DNA of 64,000 nucleotides from Eledone cirrhosa (lineage: Eukaryota), in contig CAXHJY010000225.1 in NCBI GenBank assembly GCA_964016885.1, positions 1 to 64,000 of the forward strand. Direction: 5' to 3'. Both the position numbers and the translations under genes were made by a program. Shown in pieces: positions 24,312-38,228 of the stretch. The notes beneath the pieces are model-generated. The model searched no databases. It had not been told where the DNA came from and saw only the letters and a list, made by a program, of their open reading frames with translations. Every line of letters starts with the position of its first letter. The stretch's first letter is position 1.

Positions 24312-27300
24312 GACATATCCTGAAAGTAAACATTACGTGAAACTCATGGTGACATATACCTGAAAGTAAACTTTACGTGAAACTCATGGTGACATATACC
24401 TGAAAGTAAACATTACGTGAAACTCATGGTGACATATGCCTGAAAGTAAACATTACGTGAAACTCATGGTGACATATACCTGAAAGTAAACATTACGTGA
24501 AACTCATGGTGACATATACCTGAAAGTAAACTTTACGTGAAACTCATGGTGACATATACCTGAAAGTAAACTTTACGTGAAACTCATGGTGGCATATACC
24601 TGAAAGTAAACATTACGTGAAACTCATGGTGGCATATACCTGAAAGTAAACATTACGTGAAACTCATGGTGACATATACCTGAAAGTAAACATTACGTGA
24701 AACTCATGGTGACATATGCCTGAAAGTAAACATTACGTGAAACTCATGGTGACATATGCCTGAAAGTAAACATTACGTGAAACTCATGGTGACATATACC
24801 TGAAAGTAAACATTACGTGAAACTCATGGTGACATATGCCTGAAAGTAAACATTACGTGAAACTCATGGTGACATATGCCTGAAAGTAAACATTACGTGA
24901 AACTCATGGTGACATATACCTGAAAGTAAACATTACGTGAAACTCATGGTGACATATACCTGAAAGTAAACATTACGTGAAACTCATGGTGACATATGCC
25001 TGAAAGTAAACATTACGTGAAACTCATGGTGACATATACCTGAAAGTAAACATTACGTGAAACTCATGGTGACATATACCTGAAAGTAAACATTACGTGA
25101 AACTCATGGTGGCATATACCTGAAAGTAAACATTACGTGAAACTCATGGCGACATATGCCTGAAAGTAAACATTGCGTGAATCTCATGGTGGCATATACC
25201 TGAAAGTAAACATTACGTGAAACTCATGGTGGCATATACCTGAAAGTAAACATTACGTGAAACACATGGTGACATAGACCTGAAAGTAAACATTACGTGA
25301 AACTCATGGTGACATATACCTGAAAGTAAACATTACGTGAAACACATGGTGACATATGCCTGAAAGTAAACATTACGTGAAACTCATGGTGGCATATACC
25401 TGAAAGTAAACATTACGTGAAACTCATGGTGGCATATAGCTGAAAGTAAACATTACGTGAAACTCATGGCGACATATGCCTGAAAGTAAACATTACGTGA
25501 AACTCATGGTTGCATATACCTGAAAGTAAACATTACGTGAAACTCATGGTGACATATACCTGAAAGTAAACATTACGTGAAACTCATGGTGACATAGACC
25601 TGAAAGTAAACATTACGTGAAACTCATGGTGACATATACCTGAAAGTAAACATTACGTGTAACTCATGGTGGCATATACATGAAAGTAAACATTACGTGA
25701 AACTCATGGTGGCATATACCTGAAAGTAAACATTACGTGAAACTCGTGTTGACATATACCTGAAAGTAAACATTACGTGAAACTCATGGTGGCATATACC
25801 TGAAAGTAAACATTACGTGAAACTCATGGTGACATATACCTGAAAGTAAACATTACGTGAAACTCATGGTGACATAGACCTGAAAGTAAACATTACGTGA
25901 AACCCATGGTGACATATACCTGAAAGTAAACATTACGTGTAACTCATGGTGGCATATACCTGAAAGTAAACATTACGTGAAACTCATGGTGGCATATACC
26001 TGAAAGTAAACATTACGTGAAACTCATGGTGACATATACCTGAAAGTAAACATTGCGTGAAACTCATGTTGACATATACCTGAAAGTAAACATTGCGTGA
26101 AACTCATGGTGGCATATACCTGAAAGTAAACATTACGTGAAACTCATGGTGACATATACCTGAAAGTAAACATTACGTTAAACTCATGGTGACATAGACC
26201 TGAAAGTAAACATTACGTGAAACTCATGGTGACATATACCTGAAAGTAAACATTACGTGAAACTCATGGTGGCATATACCTGAAAGTAAACATTACGTGA
26301 AACTCATGGTGGCATATACCTGAAAGTAAACATTACGTGAAACTCATGGTGGCATATACCTGAAAGTAAACATTACGTGAAACTCATGGTGGCATATACC
26401 TGAAAGTAAACATTACGTGAAACTCATGGTGACATATACCTGAAAGTAAACATTACGTGAAACTCATGGTGACATATACCTGAAAGTAAACATTACGTGA
26501 AACTCATGGTGACATATACCTGAAAGTAAACATTACGTGAAACTCATGGTGACATATACCTGAAAGTAAACATTACGTGAAACTCATGGTGACATATGCC
26601 TGAAAGTAAACATTACGTGAAACTCATGGTTGCATATACCTGAAAGTAAACATTACGTGGAACTCATGGTTGCATATACCTGAAAGTAAACATTACGTGA
26701 AACTCATGATGACATATGCCTGAAAGTAAACATTACGTGAAACCCATGGTGACATATACCTCAAAGTAAACATTACGTGGAACTCATGGTGGCATATACC
26801 TGAAAGTAAACATTACGTGGAACTCATGGTGGCATATACCTGAAAGTAAACATTACGTGGAACTCATGGTGGCATATACCTGAAAGTAAACATTACGTGA
26901 AACTCATGGTGACATATGCCTGAAAGTAAACATTACGTGAAACTCATGGTGACATATACCTCAAAGTAAACATTACGTGGAACTCATGGTGGCATATACC
27001 TGAAAGTAAACATTACGTGGAACTCATGGTGGCATATACCTGAAAGTAAACATTACGTGGAACTCATGGTGGCATATACCTGAAAGTAAACATTACGTGA
27101 AACTCATGGTGACATATGCCTGAAAGTAAACATTACGTGAAACTCATGGTGACATATACCTCAAAGTAAACATTACGTGAAACTCATGGTGGCATATACC
27201 TGAAAGTAAACATTACGTGGAACTCATGGTGGCATATACCTGAAAGTAAACATTACGTGGAACTCATGGTGGCATATACCTGAAAGTAAACATTACGTGA

Positions 27301-27386
27301 AACTCATGGTGGCATATACCTGAAAGTAAACATTACGTGGAACTCATGGTGGCATATACCTGAAAGTAAACATTACGTGAAACTCC
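24312..27386. repeat. 40-bp minisatellite (GACATATACCTGAAAGTAAACATTACGTGAAACTCATGGT)n, about 77 copies
   Basis: Head-to-tail units with no spacers. Confidence 0.98.
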
Positions 27387-27848
27387 TGGCTGGAATATTT
27401 ATAGTTATAGAAAGTTATGGCCAGGTATAGTCTGATACTAAACAATAACAACAATAACTATAATACCATGACGAATCATTGAATGGGCCTCGATGTGGTC
27501 GCTAGAAATAGCAACTAGAAATAGCAATCAAATCACGTGAACGTTAATTTAATTCATGAGCAGAGTCTTTCGTTGGAACACACGTCGTTAAAACCGACGG
27601 AGACCCAACAACAATAACAACAACATTTATGAACTAAGTTGCTATTTACTTCACCACTAATCAACCCGCAAGTCAACCGTGCTTCACTACCAAACATAGA
27701 ACCAACCGACTGAACCAAAATATCCATTTAATTAACCGACTGGAACACATTTCCTACGCTACAGCGTTCTGAGTGTACCTGACAGCTCTTTGTCAGTCTG
27801 ACTGACTGTCTATCAGTCAATTTGCCCGACAATTACTCATTTGTTTAG

Positions 27849-27900
<52 letters not shown>

Positions 27901-27905
<5 letters not shown>

Positions 27906-28153
27906 CAAAGGTATATATTGAGTTAGAAACTCAAAATAGTCTCTTACAATTAAATAGCTCTAAGAAAGAGGTTTTTCCGAGCCGTATTTTTCCGTGGTTA
28001 TAGTTAGTATTTTTTTCACCCTAGCGAATCTGGTCCTTTACGATTTGAACACATATATGTATATATCTGTGTTTATCTTTCTTTTATATACGGCTCGGAA
28101 AAATCTCTTTCCTTGAGCTATTTAATTGTAAGAGACTATTTTGAGTTTCTAAC
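27901..28153. mobile_element. Small fold-back element interrupted by the Gypsy insertion; it continues at 31534-31558
   Basis: The left arm 27901-27987 is the reverse complement of 28088-28153 joined to 31538-31558. Confidence 0.75.
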
Positions 28154-28881
28154 TGTAGCGAATAATCCAGTTGTAACGAATAAGGGGAGAGATGGAATTG
28201 TTGGTATGATGATTTCAATGCGAAGAATAATACCAGGATTGTGTTGTTACAAAGTTTATTTTATTTTAACAATATTCCATTTGAATATTGAATGATAAAA
28301 TCTATAACATGAAATATTCGTACAATAATTTGGTGGCTCTTTGAGCCACGTAAATACAAGTATCACAGAATACGATTATAATATAATTTGTATTGTATCT
28401 GAAAGACAGTAATGGTGCGTGTGAAATGAAAACAGTGTGAACTTACTATGTGTGCGTATTAGTATACTTTCTTGTTTTAGCAGTAGTAGTTAATCATTCA
28501 GCCAGGCGTGTAATGGCGTGTGAGAAGTTAGTAGACAAACGTTTTTCGTGACGAGAGTGTGTAAATGCGACCTGTCTTGTCTCTACTCCACTTTTTCTCC
28601 CGGGGCGTAAACAAGCCCTGTATTTATAACGGTTGAAGTTGGAAGGATAGATATATCCTCTGACCTTTGGTTAGAATCTCCCAAGAGATTGGTCTGCCGG
28701 GCGTAAACAACTTAGAAGGATGGATATATCTTACCTCTTTTTTTTTGCCAGGCGTAAACAACACCTGACCTGTGTTTAGCATCTCCCAAGGGGTTGGTCT
28801 GCCGGGCGTAAACAACTAACCACGGCTTGTCCCAGAGGCGGGAAAGCTCAGATTCGGTTTCGAATCTTCGCCGCCGTTATA
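28154..28881 (-). repeat. LTR A (3' LTR of the minus-strand pol)
   Basis: On the minus strand it is preceded by a polypurine tract, GGAAGGGGGG (28885-28894), and ends TCGCTACA. It has AATAAA at about 28255-28260 and internal GGCGTAAACAA repeats. Confidence 0.75.
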
Positions 28882-29184
28882 GTACCCCCCTTCCAGTGAG
28901 AAAGCTAAAGATTGAACGATCTAGGTGTATGTGAAATTAAGATAGGTATGACTAGGTGTGTTGTTGAAGAAAATCAGAAAAAAACTACATTAAAGTCATT
29001 TACAAACAGGCGAAAGGAAAGAAAACATGCAAAGCAAAACAAATTTACATCCAGGAAAATATAGTGTGATGTTACATAATCTTGAAAATGTTCATTTATT
29101 TCATAGAAATGGGAAAACTTTCTTTTGTCTGTTCTTTTGATGTGTATGATGCACAGGGTCAATTGATTTGTGTGTAGCAATAGT

Positions 29185-30144
29185 TCATGACCACAGAAAT
29201 TGGCCGATTCGTTGAAATGTACAAATTAGCCGAAATGTCGACCAGGTGCATAATTTGTACTTACCCCATAAACTTGTACGTATCGTGTGGGTCATCGAAC
29301 TATTCTTCCAGATTTGGTGTGTCGGGGTTGTGCAGAATTTGTCGTGTTTGTGTCGGGAAAAGTTGTTGGTGAGTCTGCTGGTGGGCACTGGTGGCAAATC
29401 CTGTTCTATGAACGCTTTTTTTAAACGATCAATGGAGACGGTATTTCGTTTCCCGTTCAAGTCGAGGACGAAATACTTAGGGCATTTCTGTATCACCTTA
29501 TAGGGCTCGGAATACGGCGGACGAAGTTGCGATGGAATACCGTCATTTTTAACGAAAACATGCGTCCATGTATCGATGTCTTTTGGTATGTGTGAAGTAA
29601 CGTGCTGTTGTTTAGGGGATGAAGGAGACAGATGCGACATCGATGACCGTAAACGGTGCAGATATTTTGGGAGGTCTGGAAGTTCTTGTGACGAAACAGG
29701 AGCGATCATTTGCCCGAGTAGAGCGAGTACGGTGCCATAAACCATTTCAGCCGGAGAATGTCCGACTCCCCCCTTAACAGTGGAACGAATACCGAGAAGA
29801 ATGAGTGAGAGGTATTCGAACCAGTTAGTGGAGTCTGCGTAAGCCTTGATGGCTGCTTTTAGCTGATGGTGGAAACGTTCAACCATGCCGTTAGATGCAG
29901 GGTGATACGCCGTTGTACGGATGTGTTTACACCCGAGGAGACGAGTCAGCTCGTTAAAGAGGTGCGAATCGAACTGACCTCCTCTATCCGTAGTGATGGT
30001 CGCGGGTGTGCCGAAACGCGAAACCCAGTGAAACACTAGCGTTTTAGCGACAGTTTCTGCAGTAATATTTGTCAGGGGAAAAGCTTCTGGTCAGTGAGAG
30101 AATCTGTCGACACAGGTGAGAAGATGAGTGTAGTTGTGAGAAGG
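29185..30144 (-). pseudogene. Gypsy integrase catalytic core and GPY/F-like region
   Basis: LLTCVDRFSH*PEAFP...[17 protein letters not shown]...[17 protein letters not shown]...[12 protein letters not shown]...VSIDRLKKA, with one in-frame stop. Confidence 0.92.
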
Positions 30145-30920
30145 ACGCTACAATGCTGAGTTACCCCAAACCTGACGCCCCAATGTGTTTATTGACTGAT
30201 GCATCCGATTTCGGAGTTGGAGGTGTGCTTCAACAACTCTCTGGCGATATTTGGCTACCTGTTTCTTTTTTCTCTAAGTGATTAAAACCCGCCAAAACTA
30301 AGTACAGCACATTCAGTCGTGAATTATTGGCAGCATACCTTGCTGTCAAGCATTTTCGACACATGCTAGGTCATGTGTTCTCCATGTACACCGACCACAA
30401 ACCACCAGTGTACACTTTCAACGCCAAGCCTGACCGACACTCACCCAGGGAGGTCCGACATCTGGACTTCATTTCTCAGTACACTACTGACATTCGGTAC
30501 ATTAAGGGTGCCACCAACTCAGCAGCTGATGCCCTATCGCGCATGGAGCTTAACGCAATCACACCACTGCCACTATCGATCTCCAGAAGATTCCAGCGGA
30601 TCAACAGAATGACGATGAACTGCTGCAGCTACGGAAATCATCCTTGAAATTGCAGGAATGCCCGCTGCCCTCTTCTTCGGGTTATATTTGGTGCGACATC
30701 TCCACAAGCCACGAGCGCCCAACCGTGCCCCGGAAACATCGACGTTTTTCCGGCACTGCATTCTCTGGCACATCCTGGCGTCCGTGCCACGCAGAAACGG
30801 ATGGTTGCCCACTTCGTGTGGCCCAAGATCAACAAGGACACCCGCGAATGGGCTAGGAATTGTATCGCGTGCCAGAAGACGAAAATTGACCGGCACATCA
30901 AAGCCCCGATCGGTTCTTCT
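30144..30920 (+). pseudogene. Gypsy RNase H plus integrase HHCC zinc finger (frameshifted, inverted relative to the core)
   Basis: TDASDFGVGGVLQQ...YSTFSRELLAAYLAVKHFRHML...TDHKP...ADALSR; LHSLAHPGVRAT...WARNCIACQKTK. Confidence 0.92.
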
Positions 30921-30922
30921 AA

Positions 30923-31533
30923 TGTAGCGAAATCTGTCCTCGCCTTGAACCTTGGGTGACACCTAAAGGTCAAATTCTAGGTCACCACTCTTTTGGTGTG
31001 AACAGGTTGATGCGTTGGCTATCCCCTCAAGGTGGGAGGCAAGAAGCGACAGGTATATAAAGCCTTTATCATTCCATGTTTAAACAGAGACATCGGAGCA
31101 CCCCACTACAGAACAAGCTCTGTAAAGATTCACCACTATCAACAGACACCATGAGGTCTACAGATACACACAGAGAGATTTGAGCCCTACTACTACAGAC
31201 CATTCAGAGGTATACAAACCATTACTCTCTCTCACTCACTATGGTTTCAACTATTACCACGGACTCCAACAACAACAACATTATCTGTTCGCTTGCTGTT
31301 TTCACACCAACAACAACAGTCAACTACTACAGACTACAACAGTCTCATAAACCAACAACAAAATAACATTGTCAATCTCCGCAACTCTTGGTAACTGTTT
31401 TATTGTACTTTTTGATTCACGTGAAGTAAACTCATATATATAAACCAAATCATTTATTCTTATTATTCTTATTATAATCATTTCTAATAACCACATATAA
31501 CCATTTTATTACATATTTATACCCTTCGTTAAA
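30923..31533 (+). repeat. LTR B (different sequence from LTR A)
   Basis: TGTAGCGAA start, TATATAAA at about 31053, and a decayed inverted terminus just before the TSD. Confidence 0.6.
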
Positions 31534-32093
31534 TAACTCAATATATACCTTTGATATATTCGGCTCAGTCAATTTGTTGAGCTAACTTAAATGTCGAGTA
31601 AACTTGGCTGCTATTTTTAGTAGCATGCGTTTGTGAGACACGCTAGGTTCTGATGCCATGTGCGTTATTTTATATACGCACAATATTCAGTCTCTGAGAT
31701 ACTTAGAAGTGAAGGGTTTATTAATTTTACACCCACTGATGTCTGGGTGTCTGGTAGTTACCCCATACCGGTTTGTATTTATTTTCTTGATTTATTCTTT
31801 TAAATTGAGTCTGCAAAACCCTATTGTTCATAGTCAGTATTTTTTCACCCTAGCGAATTTGGTCCCTTTTACATATATATACTAACCTTACATAGATCGA
31901 TAACGAGGTATAGTTACGATGTATTATCATCACCTAGAAACGATCGTAAAGCAGTGAAGTATATTTTTAAGGACTTGATTTTTTATTTCATTGTTTTAAT
32001 ATATATGTGTATATATATACATAAGTGGAAGCTTAGTAAAATCGAAGCTTTATATATATATATATAAAGTTATATATATATATATAAATTATA

Positions 32094-32142
<49 letters not shown>

Positions 32143-32148
<6 letters not shown>

Positions 32149-32821
32149 GAGAGGTATAGAGATTGTTTTAGCAAGAAGCTAACGGCATTCTATAACATAT
32201 ATGCGACTATAACGTCAAGATGGGAAAAGTAGTTAACGAAAGATTTAGGAAAAATAACTCAAACTCATCTCAAAAGAGAATCAGGATATAAATTCATCCA
32301 CAGAATTTAGTAAAATCCAGGGAAAAATCTATAGACCTTTAACTCATGATAAAATAAAGTTTGAAACACTTATCCTTCAATTTGGAATAACATCAAATGC
32401 TCTGTATAGTCTTAAAAGACTATTTCATGAAAACTTTCAGTGGAGATGGTCATGGTTGGATTTCATTCATCAGCAGAGCTCAACAGAAACCAGGGCTCTC
32501 ACAGTAATATAATCCGAAAAAGGGAGTTCTAAAACTGGCAAGTTCGCCTTCATGTGTATTTATGAAAAAGCACATGAGGAAAAAACGGGGTTAGTGACGT
32601 CAGGATGGAAGTGAATGTTTATTTACAAGAAATAGCAGTCAAATACATTCTGAAAAAAACTCTACAAAGGAGTTCAGCAAAATAGCAGTAATTATCACAG
32701 TTTTTATGAAAAAAACCGGGATTAGTCACAGATAGTTTAAGCACTCTAGGAAAAGAATCCGAGTATAAATATAAATGAGAGGTATAGAGATTGTTTTAGC
32801 AAGAAGCTAACGGCATTCTAT

Positions 32822-32830
<9 letters not shown>
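32143..32830 (-). mobile_element. Terminally redundant (about 60 bp; period 628) HHR-bearing element within (TA)n
   Basis: aaatgagaggtatagagattgttttagcaagaagctaacggcattctataacat at 32145 and 32773. Confidence 0.75.
32399..32479 (-). ncRNA. Canonical type I hammerhead ribozyme motif with a full stem III
   Basis: Minus strand: gctctg-CTGATGA-atgaaa...tttcat-GAAA-tagtct ttta agacta-TA-cagagc. All three stems are 6-bp Watson-Crick. Confidence 0.88.
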
Positions 32831-32875
<45 letters not shown>

Positions 32876-32939
32876 TTATATATATAGATATATATATATA
32901 TATATATAGATATATATATTGTTATTTCTGTTTACCTTT

Positions 32940-32971
<32 letters not shown>

Positions 32972-32977
32972 TATAAG

Positions 32978-33027
<50 letters not shown>

Positions 33028-33045
33028 TGTTATTTCTGTTTACCT

Positions 33046-33077
<32 letters not shown>

Positions 33078-33080
33078 AGT

Positions 33081-33175
<95 letters not shown>

Positions 33176-33179
<4 letters not shown>

Positions 33180-33348
33180 AAGTGAGGGTTTTTTTTTTTA
33201 CAAAATGAAAAATGACCGAGGTGTCCTACACGAGTGAAAGTATAAAGAAAAAGAGATGAAATCGAAAATGCAACTGGAGTCTTTACCGGTTTCGCAGTTC
33301 TTCTGCTTTTCAAAAGGTGAGTTGAGATGGAGGGTCTGTGGTTTTTCT

Positions 33349-33352
<4 letters not shown>
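33176..33352 (-). mobile_element. Single-arm copy of the 47822 family; U3:A8 HHR at 33281-33316
   Basis: Near-identical to 47822-47972 and the tail 48126-48190, with an internal deletion. Confidence 0.75.
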
Positions 33353-33411
<59 letters not shown>

Positions 33412-33418
<7 letters not shown>

Positions 33419-33575
33419 CATAATCGGAGAAAGCTAATAGCGATACTCCGGCCAAATCCCAACTCACTCAACAAACATTAGGAAATACCTGAGTATATTC
33501 CCAATTAAACGTTCGGGGTGCTAACTAATTGTATTGTGTGGAAAGTTGGCTGTATCATATCATGTGAGATATATA
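33412..33575. repeat. (TA)n-flanked dispersed repeat of about 165 bp; inverted copy at about 60611-60770
   Basis: The two segments are near reverse complements. Confidence 0.75.
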
Positions 33576-33593
33576 TTATTTCTTTTTACCTTT

Positions 33594-33663
<70 letters not shown>

Positions 33664-34012
33664 AAAAATGAAATTTCATTTCTCACTCTTACTACGGCTG
33701 ATACTTAAATATAAGTATGTATACGTACATACATATATGTATACAGACGTACAGTAGTATGAATATATATACATGCACACATATATATATATATGTACGT
33801 ATGGGTTTACCGAACATTTACAACTAATTCGGGCTGTTTGTTTAGCGAGCATTTGCCTTTCATCCTTACGGGGTCGATAAAATAAAGTACCAGTAATACA
33901 CTGGGTAATTGCTGGCCTTGTGCCTAACGTAGAAACAATTATAATAAATGCTCGATAAACCCATACGTACATGTATATGTATGCATGTATGTATGTATGT
34001 ATGTATATATAT

Positions 34013-34621
34013 GTCAGGTCACCAGTTGGTGCTACTGGTAACATGTATCCCAGTACAACCTGTCTCATGGTCGGGTCGTTGGCGACTAAACTGGCAACCC
34101 CACCAAGGTTTCTTGGTGAGGAGGGTGACTTTGGACATCTGCAGGACTAAAAACAAAACCTGTCAAAAGGGCAAAGGAGCTCTTAAGAGTCAATGGCCAT
34201 CCAAAATCACCGGGAGAGATGACCCCTTAGCCTTTGTCAAGGCAGAATTCTAGGAGAAGGAAAACTCTGATATAACACCTGCAACCCTGATGGTATCCAA
34301 TGATGTTGACTTGTTCTTCTTTTTGGTAAATATCATCTTGGTTAAGAGAGTGGGACTGGCTTTGTGCAGTGCCTTTGCTCACTATAAAAGCTTCATGGCA
34401 CAGGCATTGCTTTATATCTGGAGATCTCTCTGCACTTGTCGTCACATGGTACCATGGGCCCAGCACTATGTGTCAATAATTGTCACAAGTGTAGTGTTTG
34501 TACCAGTTTTCAAGTCGCTGGCTGAGACTAAAGAGTCACACTCGTTCAGCGCATCGGTAGGAGTTCTCCTACATGGATATAAAGTAGTGGCCGTACTCGA
34601 AAACGAGTTGGCAGCCACCAT
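34013..34621 (+). mobile_element. Non-coding retroposon-like repeat of about 610 bp, copy 1
   Basis: Highly similar to 46741-47350. It ends gagttggcagccaccat followed by a simple-repeat tail. Confidence 0.75.
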
Positions 34622-34676
34622 ATACATACTACTGTACGTCTGTATACATATATGTATGTACGTATACATACTTATA

Positions 34677-34732
<56 letters not shown>

Positions 34733-35830
34733 CAGCTTTCAGAGACCGCGCTTACTGCATTCAGTCTTATTTATTCAGATTCATATCTATCTACCTATCT
34801 ACCGATCTATCTGCTTACCTACCACTCTATCTATCTATCTATCTATCGATCTATCGATCTATCTTCCTATATTTCTATCCAATTATCTCTCAGTTTACTA
34901 GCCTGTGTTTCTTGTTTGTTTTCTTCAACTCCTCTCATCTGTTATTCTTTCCTTTCCAAATATCTTTACTACACTACATCTCGCAATTATTTACATTAAC
35001 CATTTAATCCCCAAATTAAAATATTTCAAAGTTTTGCTGAAAGACTAACGAAACAGTGACGAAACTTCTATATAGCTACACAAGCTGCTAGATATAGAAA
35101 CCAAACTTCTTCACATCACCTTTACCCTATAAAACGAGACAGCTTACATTAGACAATGTAGTCCTCACAGCATTTGTGATCAATCTCATTGCAATGCACG
35201 AATGTTTCACGAAGTGTCACCACTTCAAAAAATGTCTGCTTAACATCTGGTAACTCCCCGCCACCGTATATAAGATATAGCTAGGATAGAAACATAAACT
35301 CTTCAATGTTTAGTCATATTACCTGGTTCTTCAACTATTACTACATTTTAGTTATTTACACCTCCATCACTATAAAATATAAGAACCCTAATATTCCTGG
35401 AGCTGATCATCATCTTCATCCTAGCTAGGACGGCGAACAGACACAATCGCTAGAATTGCATCAACATTTCTGTTTTCCTTTTGAGTTCGATAAGGTACTA
35501 GTTCAATACTGTGATTAATCTCCCCTCCCCTTCTCTCCCTCTCTCCTTCTCCCCCCCCTCTCTCTCAAAGATCTGAAGGATTTAATTCAACAACGGCACC
35601 ACGAAGACTAACGTTAAAGGCCCATAATAGGGTATGTATGTCCATAGTAGGCCATGTATGTCCATAGTAGGGTATGTCAAGGTGACACAACTCTTGTCAA
35701 TCCTCATTCGAAGACTATCTTTGTAATGATTCCTACAATTTGGGGTGGGGTCTTAAACACACACAAACACATACACAAACATATACACAAACATATACAC
35801 AAACACACACAAACACACACAACAGAGATA

Positions 35831-35980
35831 ACATAGGGTTATATAAGATACAGGACTGACGATACAAGAGACGGTAAAAACCTTCACATCAACCATGAGA
35901 CAGGTTTCCTGACAAGTGGACACAGGTTCTTACCCAGTCCCTTTGATCGCAGTCCCTCTGTATCTTATATAACCCTATGT
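35831..35980. repeat. Short inverted-repeat (MITE-like) element
   Basis: acatagggttatataagatacag / ctgtatcttatataaccctatgt. Confidence 0.55.
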
Positions 35981-37048
35981 ATCACAGTCTTTAAGTATTT
36001 TATGCAACTTTATGCACATCCCAAAAATGGCGTGAACAGATACCATGCATCTTTGTCATGTTACATTCCTTTTTCCAGTATTTTATCTTATTTTATTGTT
36101 ATTTTATTTTATGTACGTACACGCATTCATATATGCCCCTCCCCCCATGTTATCTATGATTGGTACGTGGCTACTACGTAGCTATTGCATTTATTCATAT
36201 TGTGCATGCACTTTCAGGCTTATATGGCCCCATGAATGGGTTGGGTCCAAGCCTCAAGAATGTTGCCTCATATAATATTGTATGCGCCATGTGCACAGTT
36301 GTGTGTGTGTGTGTGGATGTGTAGGTATTCATCAAGTGTGTGCTTTTGAGATGCATAAGCATGCCCATGTGCATGCCCATGCAAGGGTACATGTATGTAT
36401 GTGTGTACATGCATATATGCATGTCTGTGTGTATGTATTTGTATGAACATGTCTGTGTAGGTGTATCCATATGTATGTGTAGATTTTCCATTTTTTCATC
36501 TGTATATATGTGTAGTGTCTTAAGTATATATGATTACCTGAGTACAGTGTGTGGAGATATGTGTGTATTTATCAAAAATACTTTTGAAATAACTGTTTTG
36601 AAAGGTTCTTTAAAGCATTTTTTTTAAATGTTCTTTTTTCCATTTAAAAATGTTTCTGAGTATTCGCTGCACATTCAGTATTTGTCTCATATAATACAGT
36701 TGCGGGTGTGTAGGTGATTGTTGTGGGTGTATAAGTGCCCATAGGTATTACGCCTGCGCGAAACATGGACATAGGTGTGGGCGTCTACAGGCCGGGAAGG
36801 CTGCGACAGGGCGCGAGAGTTTCAATCATACAACCCCTTACCTCCTACAGTAGTAATTCCGATATAAGAAACAACTTTGACAGGTGACATATGAAAGGAA
36901 CCAGATAAATGACGGCCATGAGTGGACACAAATAGCGATGACGTATACAATTGTTGACCACTCAGTGACAAACAACAACAGGATTTCAGCTGGCGAGTGA
37001 AGGCCGCAAGTGTAACTGGACATTTGGAAACTCTGTTTCGAAGAATCG

Positions 37049-37137
37049 AGACATATCTTGTGATTTCAGAATCAGGTTCGATCATTGCATCGATCGTGCC
37101 TCGAGCTGGTCACCAGAGAAACGATTGTAATATGTCT
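37049..37137 (+). ncRNA. Degenerate hammerhead-like motif (core CTTGTGA)
   Basis: agacatat-CTTGTGA-long stem II-GAAA-cgattg-TA-atatgtct. Shares gatcg..cctcgagct with the 59038 motif. Confidence 0.4.
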
Positions 37138-37179
37138 AATACATTTTATTCGTCGCACCACTGATTCTCCGTTTCTTAT

Positions 37180-37220
<41 letters not shown>

Positions 37221-37564
37221 ATGTGTGTGTGTGTGTGTATGTATGTGTGTGTGCTGCATATCGCGCATGTTTCTCCTTATACCATATGCTTTTGTTAGTT
37301 GTCTGATATTTTTTTAGAAGTGTGGACCACACTGTTTGTTCCTAACAAACCCCTCACCGGTTTGTTCTACACTTTATTTACTGCATCTCCAGGAAATATA
37401 TTTATAAACAAAGGTCTGTACATTTTAATTTATCATTTCAATTGTTATCTGTTTTCCATTCTGTTCAGTGATAATATGATGTTCACTCTGATCGTATCAT
37501 ATTCCCTATAATTGAACACACATATCTATACCTTGAGCTCATTAAATTATAGGGGATTAATTAT

Positions 37565-37792
37565 AGGGCGGTGAATTGGCAGTATCGGTAGAGGGTTGGA
37601 CGCCATGCTTTCTAGCATAGTTACGTCCCTTTACAGTCTGAGTTCAAATCCCGCCGAGGTTAACTTTGCCTTTCATCCTTACGGGGTCGATAAAATAAAG
37701 TACCAGTAATGTACTGGGAAATTTTTGGCCTTGTGCCAAATGTAGAAACAATTAAATTATAGGGGATTAATGTTAGTCTTTAACTCTGTTAT

Positions 37793-37862
<70 letters not shown>

Positions 37863-37883
37863 TTATATATATATTTATATATA

Positions 37884-37948
<65 letters not shown>

Positions 37949-38228
37949 ATTGTAACGTTGAACCTTGAGCTGCTTCATCGCAAAATCGCGCGTCATTCCT
38001 GAATAAACTTAATGATAATTTGAGAACTCGTCCTTATTTATTATATGGATTGGCAGTATCGGTAGAGTGTCAGGCAATGCTTTGGCGCATAGAGTTACGG
38101 CCCTTGCCATTCTGAGTTCAAAGGCCGCCGAGGTTGACTTTGCCTTTCATCCTTACGGGGTCGATAAAATACACTACCAGTAATGCACTGGGTAATTGCT
38201 GGCCTTGTGGCAAATGTAGAAACGATTA
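37565..38228 (+). mobile_element. Two SINE family A copies (37565-37752 and 38046-38228)
   Basis: A box, B box and core are all present. Confidence 0.85.

Larger units (their letters stand above)
28154..31533. mobile_element. Rearranged Gypsy/Ty3 LTR retrotransposon remnant with 4-bp TSD TAAC
   Basis: Starts TGTAGCGAA and ends TTCGTTAAA (decayed TTCGCTACA). TAAC lies at 28150-28153 and 31534-31537, with pol fragments inside. Confidence 0.85.

Noticed and set aside
24312-27386. CRISPR array, or tandem hammerheads (the unit contains CTGAAAG...GAAACTC)
   Set aside because: There are no unique spacers and no cas genes. The core is not YUGANRA, and the stems do not close correctly.
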